DNA of 64,000 nucleotides from positions 1 through 64,000 of the forward strand of contig NIVC01003986.1 of assembly GCA_002269645.1 (NCBI GenBank), written 5' to 3'. This document shows, in pieces, positions 23,384 to 34,700 of the stretch (position 1 is its first letter; each line of letters starts with the position of its first letter). The DNA is from Macrostomum lignano. Its lineage: Eukaryota. The notes beneath the pieces were generated by a model. That model was given only the letters and a program-made list of their open reading frames with translations. It did no database searches and was not told where the DNA came from. The position numbers and the translations under genes are program-made.

Positions 23384-26300
23384 GGCAGGCAGACAGGCAG
23401 ACAGACAGACAGACAGACAGACAGGCAGGCAGGCAGACAGACAGGCAGATACTCACCTCTTCCCGCTTCTCTTCGCCCTCCTCCATCATCTTGGCGACGT
23501 TCTCAAACTTTTCGAGCTCCTGCCGCATGGTGTCGATCTTCGCCCGCTGGGTTTCGATCTCATCGGCCGTCTTCCTCTCCAGCTGGTCGATCTTGGCGGC
23601 GTCTCGCACGAGCTTCTCGTGACTCTCCGCCAGCGCCAACACCGTGGCGTCCGCTCGGTCCCGCTCGCCGGCTTTGAAGCTCAGCTGCTCGCGCATCGCC
23701 TTCAGCTCCGCCTCCGTCGGCAGGCCAGCCGCCCCCACCGTGGTCACCATGGCAACGCTGCGCGACAAGCCATCCAGCAGGTCGACTACCTGGCGCTCCC
23801 GCTCGGCCAGGACGGCCTTCTCGGCAGCCGCAGAGCGCTCGAAGTCGCCCAGGAAGCTGTCCATTTGCTCCTCGCGCTTGCGCAGCTCGCGGTACTGCTG
23901 CGAACGCTGCCCGGAGGTCGCCTCGATCTCCTCCTCGGTGGCGCGGATCTCCGCCTGCACCTCCGACAGTCGCGCTTGCGCCTCTTGGCTCTGCCGCTCC
24001 ATTGTACCGATCTCAGCGTTGTCCTCGCGCACCTGCGGCCGCGGGAGGCGGGACTCTGCGTGACTCTCTGCTTTCCTGACTCTCATCTCATACACACCCA
24101 TAGACTTTGCCATCTCATCCCACTTGGAATGCCATCTCAACCCACTTGAATCCGATCTCATCCCACTTGAATCCCATCTCATCTGTCAGATTTATCCACA
24201 TAAACTGACAAAAACCGTATCAATTCCTATTTATTCTATGTACTTTTGCGTTTAGTTGCCCCCAAATCGGGCCGTTTTACTTTCCTGTTGTGTGCACGAT
24301 CTAGTTAGAACGTATAATAATTGTACGATCGATAATTTAGGTCTCGGTGTGCGTGGCGCACGAAGAGGTCCAGTTTATTACTTAAATATATAGTCGGGCC
24401 CTCGCCCCGGTTTTTTACTTTTGATTCACTTTCTCTCTACCGCCTACTTTTACGACCGCGTGTTTCTATGAGCTAAATATGGCTTCAAGTGCTGTTCATT
24501 CCTTAGTTAATTATTTGTCCCACCAGCAATTGGACATCATCCCATTTTGAAAGCAATCATATCCTATTTGGATTCCCACCTTATCCCACTTAGATTCCCA
24601 TCTCAATCCGTTCGGCCATCCGAGCATCTCACGAGCCTCAGAGGCCGAGACTCACCTGGTTGAGCAGCCGCTCCCGCTCCTGGTTGGGGTCCCCGGCCGC
24701 CCGCTCGTCCTCAAGCAGGGCGTCCCGACGATCCGCCAGCTCGCGAAGCTGTTCGCACAGGCGCACAGCCTCCTGCTTGATGAGGTTGCCGCTCAGCTCG
24801 TCCTCCAGGCGGGCCCGCTGCCTCCGCAGGTTGTCGAGCTCGCGCTGGCTGGCCTCGAGCTCCCGGCTGGTGCGCTCCGCCTCCTCTCGGAGCTGCCGGT
24901 GCTGCCGCTGCTGCTCCGGGCGCATCCGAGCCACGATCGAGTCCGCCATGCGGCGCTCCTGCGGGATATTCGGGTGTGTCTGTCACTCTGGCTTGACTGT
25001 CACTCTGGCTTGACTGTCACTCTGGCTTGACTGTCACTCTGGCTTGACTGTCACTCTGGCTTGACTGTCACTCTGGCTTGACTGTCACTCTGGCTTGACT
25101 GTCACTCTGGCTTGACTGTCACTCTGGCTTGACTGTCACTCTGGCTTGACTGTCACTCTGGCTTGACTGTCACTCTGGCTTGACTGTCACTCTGGCTTGA
25201 CTGTCACTCTGGCTTGACTGTCACTCTGGCTTGACTGTCACTCTGGCTTGACTGTCACTCTGGATTGACTGTCACTCTGGCTTGTTTGTCACTCTGGCTT
25301 GACTGTCACTCTGGCTTGACTGTCACTCTGGCTTGACTGTCACTCTGGCTTGACTGTCACTCTGGCTTGACTGTCACTCTGGCTTGACTGTCACTCTGGC
25401 TTGACTGTCACTCTGGCTTGACTGTCACTCTGGCTTGACTGTCACTCTGGCTTGACTGTCACTCTGGATTGACTGTCACTCTGGCTTGACTGTCACTCTG
25501 GATTGACTGTCACTCTGGCTTGTTTGTCACTCTGGCTTGACTGTCACTCTGGCTTGACTGTCACTCTGGCTTGACTGTCACTCTGGCTTGACTGTCACTT
25601 TGGCTTGACTGTCACTCTGGCTTGACTGTCACTCAGAATCCAATCTGTCACCCCAGCACCCAGCGGCTGCCCACCTGGTCCAGCTCCCGCTCAGCCGTGG
25701 CCACATCCGCTTCGGCCCGCTTCCGCTCCTCAAAGGTGGCCTCCAGGGCGGCCTCCTGGGCCTCGTTGCGGTCGCGCAGCTCGTCGCACTCGAGCTGCAC
25801 CTCGGCGGAGTCCTGCTCCGTGTTCAGCCGGTCCAGCAGTGTGTTGGCATCGGCCAGCTGGCCCTGCAGGTCCTGGAGGGATTTTGGGGGGGGTGTCGAA
25901 TGGCGGGTCTGTAGTCACGTGACTGAGCTAGGATCCGTGGTGCCAAGGTGCCAAGCGGACACAAATGGGGGACGAGATCGCTAAAGGCGTTGCGCCACTC
26001 GGTCACATAATCCACCGATTGGCTCTTGCTAAAATGAAAGACTCAGAAGTCTCTCGCAGAGCTGGTGATCGACCAGGATTGCTGAAAACTGAAGAATGCA
26101 AGCCATAGATGTGGCCCGTAGTTGCTTGGGGAGTTGCGTAGCGCTGTGGGTAACGCCTCGGAGAGACACCAGACTCTGGTGCCGGCCGAACTCAGGCAGC
26201 TGGCTCACCTGGATGTCCTTGGCCAGGCTCTCGGCCATTGCCTCGTACTGGGCGAAGCTGCCGCTGTCCCGCTGCAGCTCTTCGTGGCTGGCCCTCAGCT

Positions 26301-28206
26301 TGGTGGTCTCGGCGTCCAGCTCAGCGATGCGAGTGCGCAGCAGGCCCAGGTAGAAGCTCTTGTCCTCCACCTGGCGCTTCGTGCCGCGGCCGCCGACCTT
26401 CATGCCGCCCAGGCCCTGCTGGGTGATCGGCCGGTCCTCGAACTAGGGATGAGTGGGGAGTTGAGGGGATGAGTGGGGAGTTGAGCTGTAGATGAGTGGG
26501 AAGTTGAACTGGGGATGAGTGAGGAGTTGAACTGTGGATGAGTGGGGAGTTGAACTGGGGATGAGTGGGGAGTTGAACTGTGGATGAGTGGGGAGTTGAA
26601 CTGGGGATGAGTGGGGAGTTGAACTGTGGATGAGTGGGGAGTTGAACTGGGGATGAGTGAGGAGTTGAACTGGGGATGAGTGGGGAGTTGAACTGTGGAT
26701 GAGTGGGGAGTTGAACTGGGGATGAGTGAGGAGTTGAACTGGGGATGAGTGGGGAGTTGAACTGTGGATGAGTGGGGAGTTGAACTGGGGATGAGTGGGG
26801 AGTTGAACTGTGGATGAGTGGGGAGTTGAACTGGGGATGAGTGGGGAGTTGAACTGGGATGAGTGGGGAGTTGAACTGGGGATGAGTGAGGAGTTGAACT
26901 GGGGATGAGTGGGGAGTTGAACTGTGGATGAGTGGGGAGTTGAACTGGGGATGAGTGAGGAGTTGAACTGGGGATGAGTGGGGAGTTGAACTGTGGATGA
27001 GTGGGGAGTTGAGCTGGGGATGAGTGGGGAGTTGAGCTGGGGATGAGTGGGGAGTTGAACTGGGGATGAGTGGGGAGTTGAACTGGGGATGAGTGGGGAG
27101 TTGAACTGGGGATGAGTGAGGAGTTGAACTGGGGATGAGTGGGGAGTTGAACTGGGGATGAGTGGGGAGTTGAACTGGGGATGAGTGGGGAGTTGAACTG
27201 GGGATGAGTGGGGAGTTGAACTGGGGATGAGTGGGGAGTTGAACTGTGGATGAGTGGGGAGTTGAACTGGGGATGAGTGGGGAGTTGAACTGGGGATGAG
27301 TGGGGAGTTGAACTGGGGATGAGTGGGGAGTTGAGCTGGGGATGAGTGGGGAGTTGAGCTGGGGATGAGTGAGGAGTTGAACTGGGGATGAGTGGGGAGT
27401 TGAACTGGGGATGAGTGGGGAGTTGAACTGGGGATGAGTGGGGAGTTGAACTGTGGATGAGTGGGGAGTTGAACTGGGGATGAGTGGGGAGTTGAACTGG
27501 GGATGAGTGGGGAGTTGAACTGGGGATGAGTGGGGAGTTGAGCTGGGGATGAGTGGGGAGTTGAATGCCTCCGACTGAGGGTGGCTGCGGTCTTCCAGGG
27601 CTGCGAGACTGAGTGTCAGAGAGGGTAGTAAAGTATCAGCGAGGGGAATCGAACTGTCAGAGAGGGTAGTGAACTGCCAGAGAGGGTAGTGAACTGCCAG
27701 AGAGGGTAGTGAACTGCCAGAGAGGGTTAGTGAACTGTCAGAGAGGGTTAGTGAACTGTCAGAGAGGATTAGGGAACTGTCAGAGAGGATTAGGGAACTG
27801 TCAGAGAGGATTAGGGAACTGTCAGAGTGGGTAGCGAAATTTCAGAGAGGGTTAGTGAACTGTTAGAGAGTGAAAGTGTCAAGTATGGTAATGAAAGTTT
27901 CAGAGAAGGTAGTGAAGAGGCAAAGAAGGTAAGCAGGTGTCAGAAGAAGACATTTGGTGTCGGGGAAATCTTAGGGGGAGACAAGCGTGTCCACTAGGAC
28001 TAAGAAGCTAACGGATGTCGCAGATGCAGTGAAAATCACGCATCCTCATGCCGGGCTCGAGAGCAGCTGAGAAGTGAAAACTCCAAGTTGCCAACCTGAA
28101 CGGCGGCTCCGATTGTCAGACTTGACGGCCGGCCGTCGCCGCGACTGGCGCCGGCTTTCAGCCTGCTGGCAGTGCCCGGGCGGAGGGCGGTGCTGCGGCC
28201 GCTCAT
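22295..28206 (-). CDS. IFT74: Intraflagellar transport protein 74; 6 coding exons, ~575 aa
   Basis: Exons 28206-28096, 26442-26209, 25872-25675, 24958-24656, 24032-23457 and 22600-22295; all introns GT-AG and phase 0. Motifs DRPITQQGLGGMK, RQVEDKSFYLGLLR, LQGQLADANTLLDRLN, KQEAVRLCEQL, QVREDNAEI, YRELRKREEQMDSF and NETHAQLANLERRWQHQEQNNF match IFT74 along its length. Confidence 0.93.
22617..23171. repeat. 20-bp minisatellite GGGTGGGACAGATGCAGGCA, ~27 copies, IFT74 intron 5
   Basis: Direct periodicity inside intron 22601-23456. Confidence 0.95.
23226..23448. repeat. (ACAG)n microsatellite, IFT74 intron 5
   Basis: Tetranucleotide run immediately following the donor at 23456 (minus strand). 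Confidence 0.95.
24981..25635. repeat. 17-bp minisatellite TGTCACTCTGGCTTGAC, ~38 copies, IFT74 intron 3
   Basis: Direct periodicity inside intron 24959-25674. Confidence 0.95.
26443..27565. repeat. 23-bp minisatellite GGGGATGAGTGGGGAGTTGAACT, ~49 copies, IFT74 intron 1, abutting the acceptor
   Basis: Direct periodicity; the last unit provides the acceptor AG (26444-26443). Confidence 0.95.
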
Positions 28207-30334
28207 TGCTGCAGGGCGAACAGGGAGCAGCTTTGACTTTTGAATTCTACATTAGAATCTTTAGTGTAAAATGCTTTGTTTGCATAAAACTCAAATATAC
28301 ATTTACACATACTAAAACTAAACATTCAAAGCAAACACACTGCGTCTATCTTTTTGTTAAAGATAGAAAAATCTCAGCTATTTCTCCTTTTTTATACAAA
28401 ACCACCTGATTGAAAGCGATACACAAAATCCTGATTATATTATAAATATGAGTTATATGTATAAATAAATTATAACTATTATTTAATACTTAGAAAATTC
28501 CAGTTATAATATCTTTTGATGATAAGCAATACTTGTATAAAATAAGGGATATACATTAGTTTTGGTGTATTTTGTGAAAAAACCTAACAAATATGTATTA
28601 ATAAGAATAATAATATATGTGTGATTTAGGTATAAAATCATTTTAACAACTTCATTCATACAGAATATTAGCCAGAACTAACCAGAAACAAAATACAAAT
28701 CATATTTAGACAAGACAAATGGTATATGATATATTATATAGTAGGCCTGGCCCTAAACTTGTAAAACACAGTATCCACATTAAGAAACAGAATTGTTGCT
28801 TGTTTATTTTATTTTATTCTTTTTTAGGTAATAATGCTATTTTATTATTTATTTTTGTCTCAAATTTAAGGGTGCAGCTTAAGTTTTAAGATAAAGTCTG
28901 AAAATTAATAAGTATGACACTGACAGAATAAGAACTAAAGAAATCGCGATCTTTACTTTTCACGTTTCATTATTTTCTTGGAAAATTTACCTTTTCTGTT
29001 CAGGTAAATTATTTAGTAATAATTTAGTTTCAGCGGATGTGTCAACTATCAACAAGTGAAACTGGTGAAACTGGTGAAGAAGGAAACATTCGGATTGAGC
29101 AGGTCACCAACTGGTAGTTTTAGGTGCAGGTGGGCGGCCGCCGGCCAGCCAGCCATGATTTCGGTGGTGCACTAAGATAAAATTGAGTATTTAAGTTGCG
29201 TGACTGCTGAGTTGAGTCTACTGCATCTTGCCCATACTGACTGAGTCTACCCACCCGACTGAAAGTTAGAGACTTTGTGCCAGAGAAAAATCTTTCAAGG
29301 CACGTCATTCTATACCTATTGAAATTGCAACTTATCAAAGAAAATAATTAAACGCGCGAAAGTAAAAGAAGCCAAAAACCCTTGCTAACACACAGCTAAC
29401 ACTAAATAAAATATTATTCTATCGATTACTGCTGCTATTTCAAAAAAACTTTTGCTGGCAGATATTGTTGTAATACACAATCGCAATTTTTTGAAGGTCT
29501 GATTTCTGAACTACACCTCACAAATACAATCTACATTTTTTACGAATTTCATTATCATGAAAGAATGTATAGAATATCAAACTGAATCACTTAACTATAA
29601 ACTAACTTTATGTAAGAAAATAAGTCTTATGTGTAGTACTACTTTCTAGTTTATTATTTTTTTCATTTTGATGGTCAAAAAATTACAAGTTATGGTTCTA
29701 ATCGAGACGATGTGTTAGGTTTTGTTTACAGTGGTTAAACCGGAAAAAATATACGCACAGTCTACAACTTTAGATAGCTTAATTATAACAGAAAATGAGA
29801 ACACAATGTTTTCGCAATCTCAAAAATGCTTTCAGTCGCGATTTTCTGCTCTCTGAAAGAGTTACCAAGCAAATTTAATTGAAGCTTGCATGGTCACTTG
29901 TAATTGTACATGTATTTAGAGTCAGAGAGCGCAGTGCGGTAACACTTGTGGTGCTTTCTTATTTACGGCGCCGAAACTTTATGTTCGACAGTTCTAAAAC
30001 AGGCATTAGCTGTCTTGCTGAATATGATTCTTTAGCTGCTCCAAGCCCAGGATGAAGCTGAAGCTTGTAGGCGTACAAGATGCGCTCCTTATAAGGGCAT
30101 AAGGGCCCTTATCGCTCCTCCGATAAAGGCAAAGTTCTGAGCCGTGTCATCCTACTTGCTCAGTTTGGAAACTGCTTCGAAGCGTTGAAACCAGCGTTCG
30201 ATTTCCGCTGGGGCTTCTGTCTCCAGTGGTTCGATAAGACCAGCCGTCGTCGCCGGTGTTGGTTTTCTTAAGGATTGATTTCAAGTCCTTTAATTATTTT
30301 GAGTAGCAGCCTTTAGCTCATCTCAACAGCCAGT

Positions 30335-31250
30335 TATTCCTTTTTGCGGCCTAGTTGGTACTGCAAGCTTTCAGTTTAATCATAGATACGGAAATCAGGC
30401 TTGCGAGACTGAAAATTTTCTGTCTATGGTCGACACTCGTTGGCATAGCGGATTTCAATTTAATCCTGGGGGCATCAATTTGATCATTCTAATCATATAA
30501 CGTTAGATATCCAGTGCTATAACACAAATCGTTTACTTATCATTGAGAAAATCTAAAACAGAACAATACAATAAACAAATAAAAGCTTTAGCGTCGAATG
30601 TCGTCGAGTCAGGCTGGAATGAACCTCAGCATCTGCCGGTACCAGCCTCCCCATTTTGCAAAGGTCACTTCACGGTCCTCTGCAACCCTCTGTAGGACAA
30701 GGATTCGCCACTCTCGTAGCGAATGACCATCAGGCGGAGTGTCGAGCTCTTCTTGCAGTTGTGGTTGAGCCAGCTGGCGTTTGATGGCTGCCTTCAGGCA
30801 GGCGTGCGCGTTTTTCACAGGATTGAGGAATGGCGAGTATGGAGGCAATGTCACCAGGCGCCAAGCGGGCTGAAATTGATCTGGGATTGTCACTCCATGA
30901 TGAAAACGGGCGTAATCCATGATCACACAGACTCCTCGCCATCAGGTACATCACCACGAATCGTCACGCTTTGCACCAGATCATTGATGAACGTCTGGAA
31001 CCTGACTGCCGTCATACTCTCTCCGAAGATCATATGATGTAAAAACAAGTTAAAGACAGGTTTCGCTGACAGTAAAAATGTGCATTGAATGCATAGAATG
31101 ATCAAATTGATGCCCCCAGGATTAAATTGAACTCCGCTATGCCAGCGAGTGTCGACCATAGACAGAAAATTTTCAGTCTCGCAAGCCTGATTTCCGTCTC
31201 TATGATTAAACTGAGAGCTTGCAGCACCAAGTAGGCCGCAAAAAGGAATA
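30335..31250 (-). mobile_element. IS630/Tc1/mariner-type element remnant: 157-bp TIRs enclosing a decayed C-terminal transposase fragment
   Basis: Arms 30335-30491 and 31094-31250 are long imperfect inverted repeats. The interior reads FQTFINDLVQ...IMDYARFHH...LPPYSPFLNPVKNAHACLK, a DDE_3-like motif set in which the catalytic Glu reads Lys. Confidence 0.8.
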
Positions 31251-32360
31251 TTACTCTTTCATGATATTTCGCGGCTCTTTTAGTTAGTGAGCATAGCTCG
31301 TACTGTACGAAATGTCCATAGACATTTGCGGCTCAGCAGCCATGAACGGCTTGTAAATAAAATGCATTTGTTAACTAAATAAAAGTTCATCACTATGCTA
31401 ACACATGTATACATGTACTCAGCTATATTTCTGTCGATCTAAGGCCAGCGAAGTCGCCCAGATCCTGTTAAAAATACATATGTAGATCCCGCCAATAAAT
31501 TAAAGCCTAGACTAAAGAGAATAAATTAAGAGAGCTCATGTAGACGTCAGCATTATTACATGTAAGTACGATAGGGATAAACGGTATACAGGTGCGATCG
31601 CGTATACTCTGGTGCACACATACGCTCGTATTGAAACAACTTTCGGCCTTGAATATAATACATGTACATGCGATTCAATCAAGAAATGATTATGTTCAAG
31701 GTAGCTCATATTCAGGAATTCATGTCAGCAGCTGCCTTTCAGGGTTCCCTTTTCTTCCCTTTTCTTCTATTTACACAGACAATTATATATAATTGCCCAG
31801 CAGGATATCAAAGCTGCAATCAAGCCTTACTGTGTAGCCAAAGATGACCATTGGTCTAGCTAACTCAGTGACTACGAGTATGGCCTATCCTTGTGAAACT
31901 TTCTGGTCTTTCTGGTAACAACCCACCCCGACCTTTCACCCAATTATTAAAGCCATTCGCGTATCTCGGTATGTTCATGACCAATCTTTTGTGGTATTTC
32001 TCCCTTAATTATTACGTGATAAACGATAAATCTCTGGGTCCGATGGGGGTATAAAGGCGACGAAACGAGGTTTTCATGCCGGGGTTGCTGTTGCACAGTG
32101 CATACATATGTATGCAAGCGGCCGCCTCGCCCCGAATGAAACTGGGACACTGAAATTCTGGCTAATTCAAACACATTCAGTGGCTCCGCGATTGCTCCAA
32201 AAAGTTTGCGAAGACAAATTCAATGCGCCTCGGAGGACCGGCCCGCAGTGCGCTTCTGCCAGCAAACATCGGCCTGGCGCTGACTGCCCAGGAGTCCTGT
32301 CCCTAATGCATCGGTCAACATTGCGACCAGCATATACCAGAAGCATTGAGCCTAGAATGT

Positions 32361-32374
32361 GTTGCCATGGCAAC
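32361..32374. promoter_or_regulatory. Perfect palindromic RFX X-box GTTGCCATGGCAAC
   Basis: Exact match to the X-box consensus GTTNCCATGGNAAC, 88 bp upstream of the ENaC ATG at 32463. Function is inferred. Confidence 0.6.
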
Positions 32375-32462
32375 GCAAATACAACTTTCCTGCTACATTT
32401 AGGCCACATCTAGCTACATCAGGCAGCTGCTTTTTGCGAGAAACTCAGCCTGAGCTCAAGCA

Positions 32463-34313
32463 ATGTCAACTGCTGCAATGGACGAGACCCCCAGCACCGG
32501 AGCGCTGCTGACGCAGGTCCTGGCCGCGGCTACCAGCGAGACCACAGCCCACGGGCTCAGCAGGCTGGCGGGCCAGAGGCCGCTCTACATCAAGCTCTGC
32601 TGGCTGCTGGCCTTCCTGGGCCTGCTCGCTGTGTTCACCTTCAGCATGCACGGCTTCACAAGCAAGCTCGTCAGAGGCGAGGTCAGCACTTCCTACGAGG
32701 CCGAGGCTGTGGACTTCCAGTTTCCCGACGTGTACTTCTGCAACAATGTCCAGGTTTCGGGCACCTACTCCGTCACGCTCGCCAGCGAGGTCGTCACCGA
32801 CATCAACGCCAGGATGACCGCCTCGCTCGCCACCTTCGACTCGGCGCTGCAGCGGCTGCTCAACTCGTCGCTAGCGAACGCCACCGAGTCTCAGATCGGG
32901 CAGATGAAGCTGTACAGACTGAAGTCCGCCATCCAGTCAATGCCGTACAGCTTGCTGGTGGACCATCTCGCTCACAAGGAGCAGCAGACGGTACTGAAGA
33001 ACGACAGCAAGTCGGGCGTCTCCCTCAGACCCTTCTACCACCCGAATCACCTCAAGTGTCTCAAGGTTGAGCTGACCGAGCAGAGACTCGCTGAGCTGAG
33101 CAAGGTCAACTCGGAGATCAGCTTCCAGTTCATTCTGGATCCACACTTTACCGACTTTGATGACACATTGAATGTCAGCGCGTATTCGCAGATAATGCGC
33201 GTAACCGTCCCGCTGTACAACAAAATACAAATACTCGTGTACGACTGGGACCTGGACTCGCCCTACGAGATCGACAGGCCGATGGGAATGAGGCTGTACC
33301 TGGCTCCTCGAGGCGAGTACCCGAGCAGGTTCGTGACCAACTTCCTGCTCGCTCCCGGCAGGTCCTACAGCATCGGGCTCAGCATGCAGAGCATCAAGAA
33401 GGAGCCCGAGGCGTACGGCGGACGCTGCCTGACGGAGACTCCCGACGTGCAGTTCGTCAATCCGTACGACGGCTCGGCGTACGCGTTCGGCTACAGCAAC
33501 AGCTTCTGCTACTTCTCAGAGTTTGCTCGGCAGCTGTCTGTGAACGGTGGCTGCAGTCCGTACGTGAACCCGCTGCCGTGGCAGTTCAGGCACCTGCGCT
33601 TCTGCCTGAATGCGAGCGGCCTGAACGAGTCTCAGATCGAGTCGAACCTCCTGCAGGCGTTCACAGCTGACACGGCCGCGCTGAGCGACTTCCAGCAGCT
33701 GTGCCAGAGCAGGCAGCTGTGCGTGTCACGGAAGTACGAGACCAGCACCTCCAGCGCGAACTGGCCCAACGAGAACGGGCAGATCCGGCTTGTTTTGAAC
33801 ATCATGAAGACTATTCTGGACAAATCTCCAAGCACATATCGGCCTGCCTGGAGGGCGTTAATTCACTCCGTGAGGCAGCACTTTTCTGCGGAAGATGGGG
33901 AGGAGGACATTTCTGATGCAGAATTTATGACCAACAAGTTCTTCTCCCGCTCGGGCCTGAAGGTGACGCTGCGCAGCCAGCAGTCGCGCAGCTCGCAGAT
34001 CCGGCTGTCGCCCGGCTACTCTCTGCAGACGTTCATCGCCGACATTGGCGGTACTGCGGGCATCTACCTTGGCTGCAGCCTGCTGAGCCTGTGCGAGCTC
34101 GTCGAGCTGCTGTACAACCTGATCGCCAAGACCCGGGGGCAGCGAAGCTCCACCAACATCGTCCGCGTGAGGCCCGCGCCACCGACGGCCAGCAGCTCGG
34201 GCACGCCGGACTGCAGCGAGGTGGAGCTGGGCGACAAGAAGCTCAGCTCAGGAATCTCAGGAGTAGAAAATTGTTGTTCAATTAAAGCTTGTGATGGTGT
34301 GATGCTTGCTTAA
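32463..34313 (+). CDS. DEG/ENaC/ASIC family sodium channel subunit, intronless, 616 aa
   Basis: Pre-TM1 TTAHG, TM1 KLCWLLAFLGLLAVFTFSM, FPDVYFCN (FPxVTxCN-like), Cys-containing ectodomain, and TM2 FIADIGGTAGIYLGCSLLSLCE. Confidence 0.92.
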   Translation: MSTAAMDETPSTGALLTQVLAAATSETTAHGLSRLAGQRPLYIKLCWLLAFLGLLAVFTFSMHGFTSKLVRGEVSTSYEAEAVDFQFPDVYFCNNVQVSGTYSVTLASEVVTDINARMTASLATFDSALQRLLNSSLANATESQIGQMKLYRLKSAIQSMPYSLLVDHLAHKEQQTVLKNDSKSGVSLRPFYHPNHLKCLKVELTEQRLAELSKVNSEISFQFILDPHFTDFDDTLNVSAYSQIMRVTVPLYNKIQILVYDWDLDSPYEIDRPMGMRLYLAPRGEYPSRFVTNFLLAPGRSYSIGLSMQSIKKEPEAYGGRCLTETPDVQFVNPYDGSAYAFGYSNSFCYFSEFARQLSVNGGCSPYVNPLPWQFRHLRFCLNASGLNESQIESNLLQAFTADTAALSDFQQLCQSRQLCVSRKYETSTSSANWPNENGQIRLVLNIMKTILDKSPSTYRPAWRALIHSVRQHFSAEDGEEDISDAEFMTNKFFSRSGLKVTLRSQQSRSSQIRLSPGYSLQTFIADIGGTAGIYLGCSLLSLCELVELLYNLIAKTRGQRSSTNIVRVRPAPPTASSSGTPDCSEVELGDKKLSSGISGVENCCSIKACDGVMLA

Positions 34314-34700
34314 GCAGCCTCAGCTCGTCTCGATATTTTTGTTGGCTTGCAGAGGATGAGTCAAAGTTCAGCCTGAGTGCATAGTTTTCAATTTACCTGA
34401 TAAACGGTTGAAGAGTGCAAGTTCAATTAAAGTGACACAAATGAGCCTAACTACGAGTATTCCTGTCTCGGCTTTGTACCTGTGCTTTTGCCCTCTAAGC
34501 TGGAAGATTAATTTGTTATATATATTTTCTTCATAACTTTTTTATCCCCGATTTGCCCGTTAGTTACTATTTGAATCTATTACATCGCAAACAGTCGTAT
34601 ATTTTCATCAGTATAAAATGTAACTCTCCGCACTGCTCAGTGTGCCAGAGTCAGCCCCCATTCATTTGTTCATTCTTCCTACCGAGCCGACGGGCTGTCC

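Noticed and set aside
22269-24149. 626-aa plus-strand ORF
   Set aside because: Antisense to IFT74 exons and runs through intronic repeats; a shadow ORF.
30050-30260. Possible Gypsy gag N-terminal remnant on the minus strand (LIEPLETEAPAEIERWFQRFE)
   Set aside because: Short, interrupted by stops, with no adjoining LTR or pol; too weak to call without a search.
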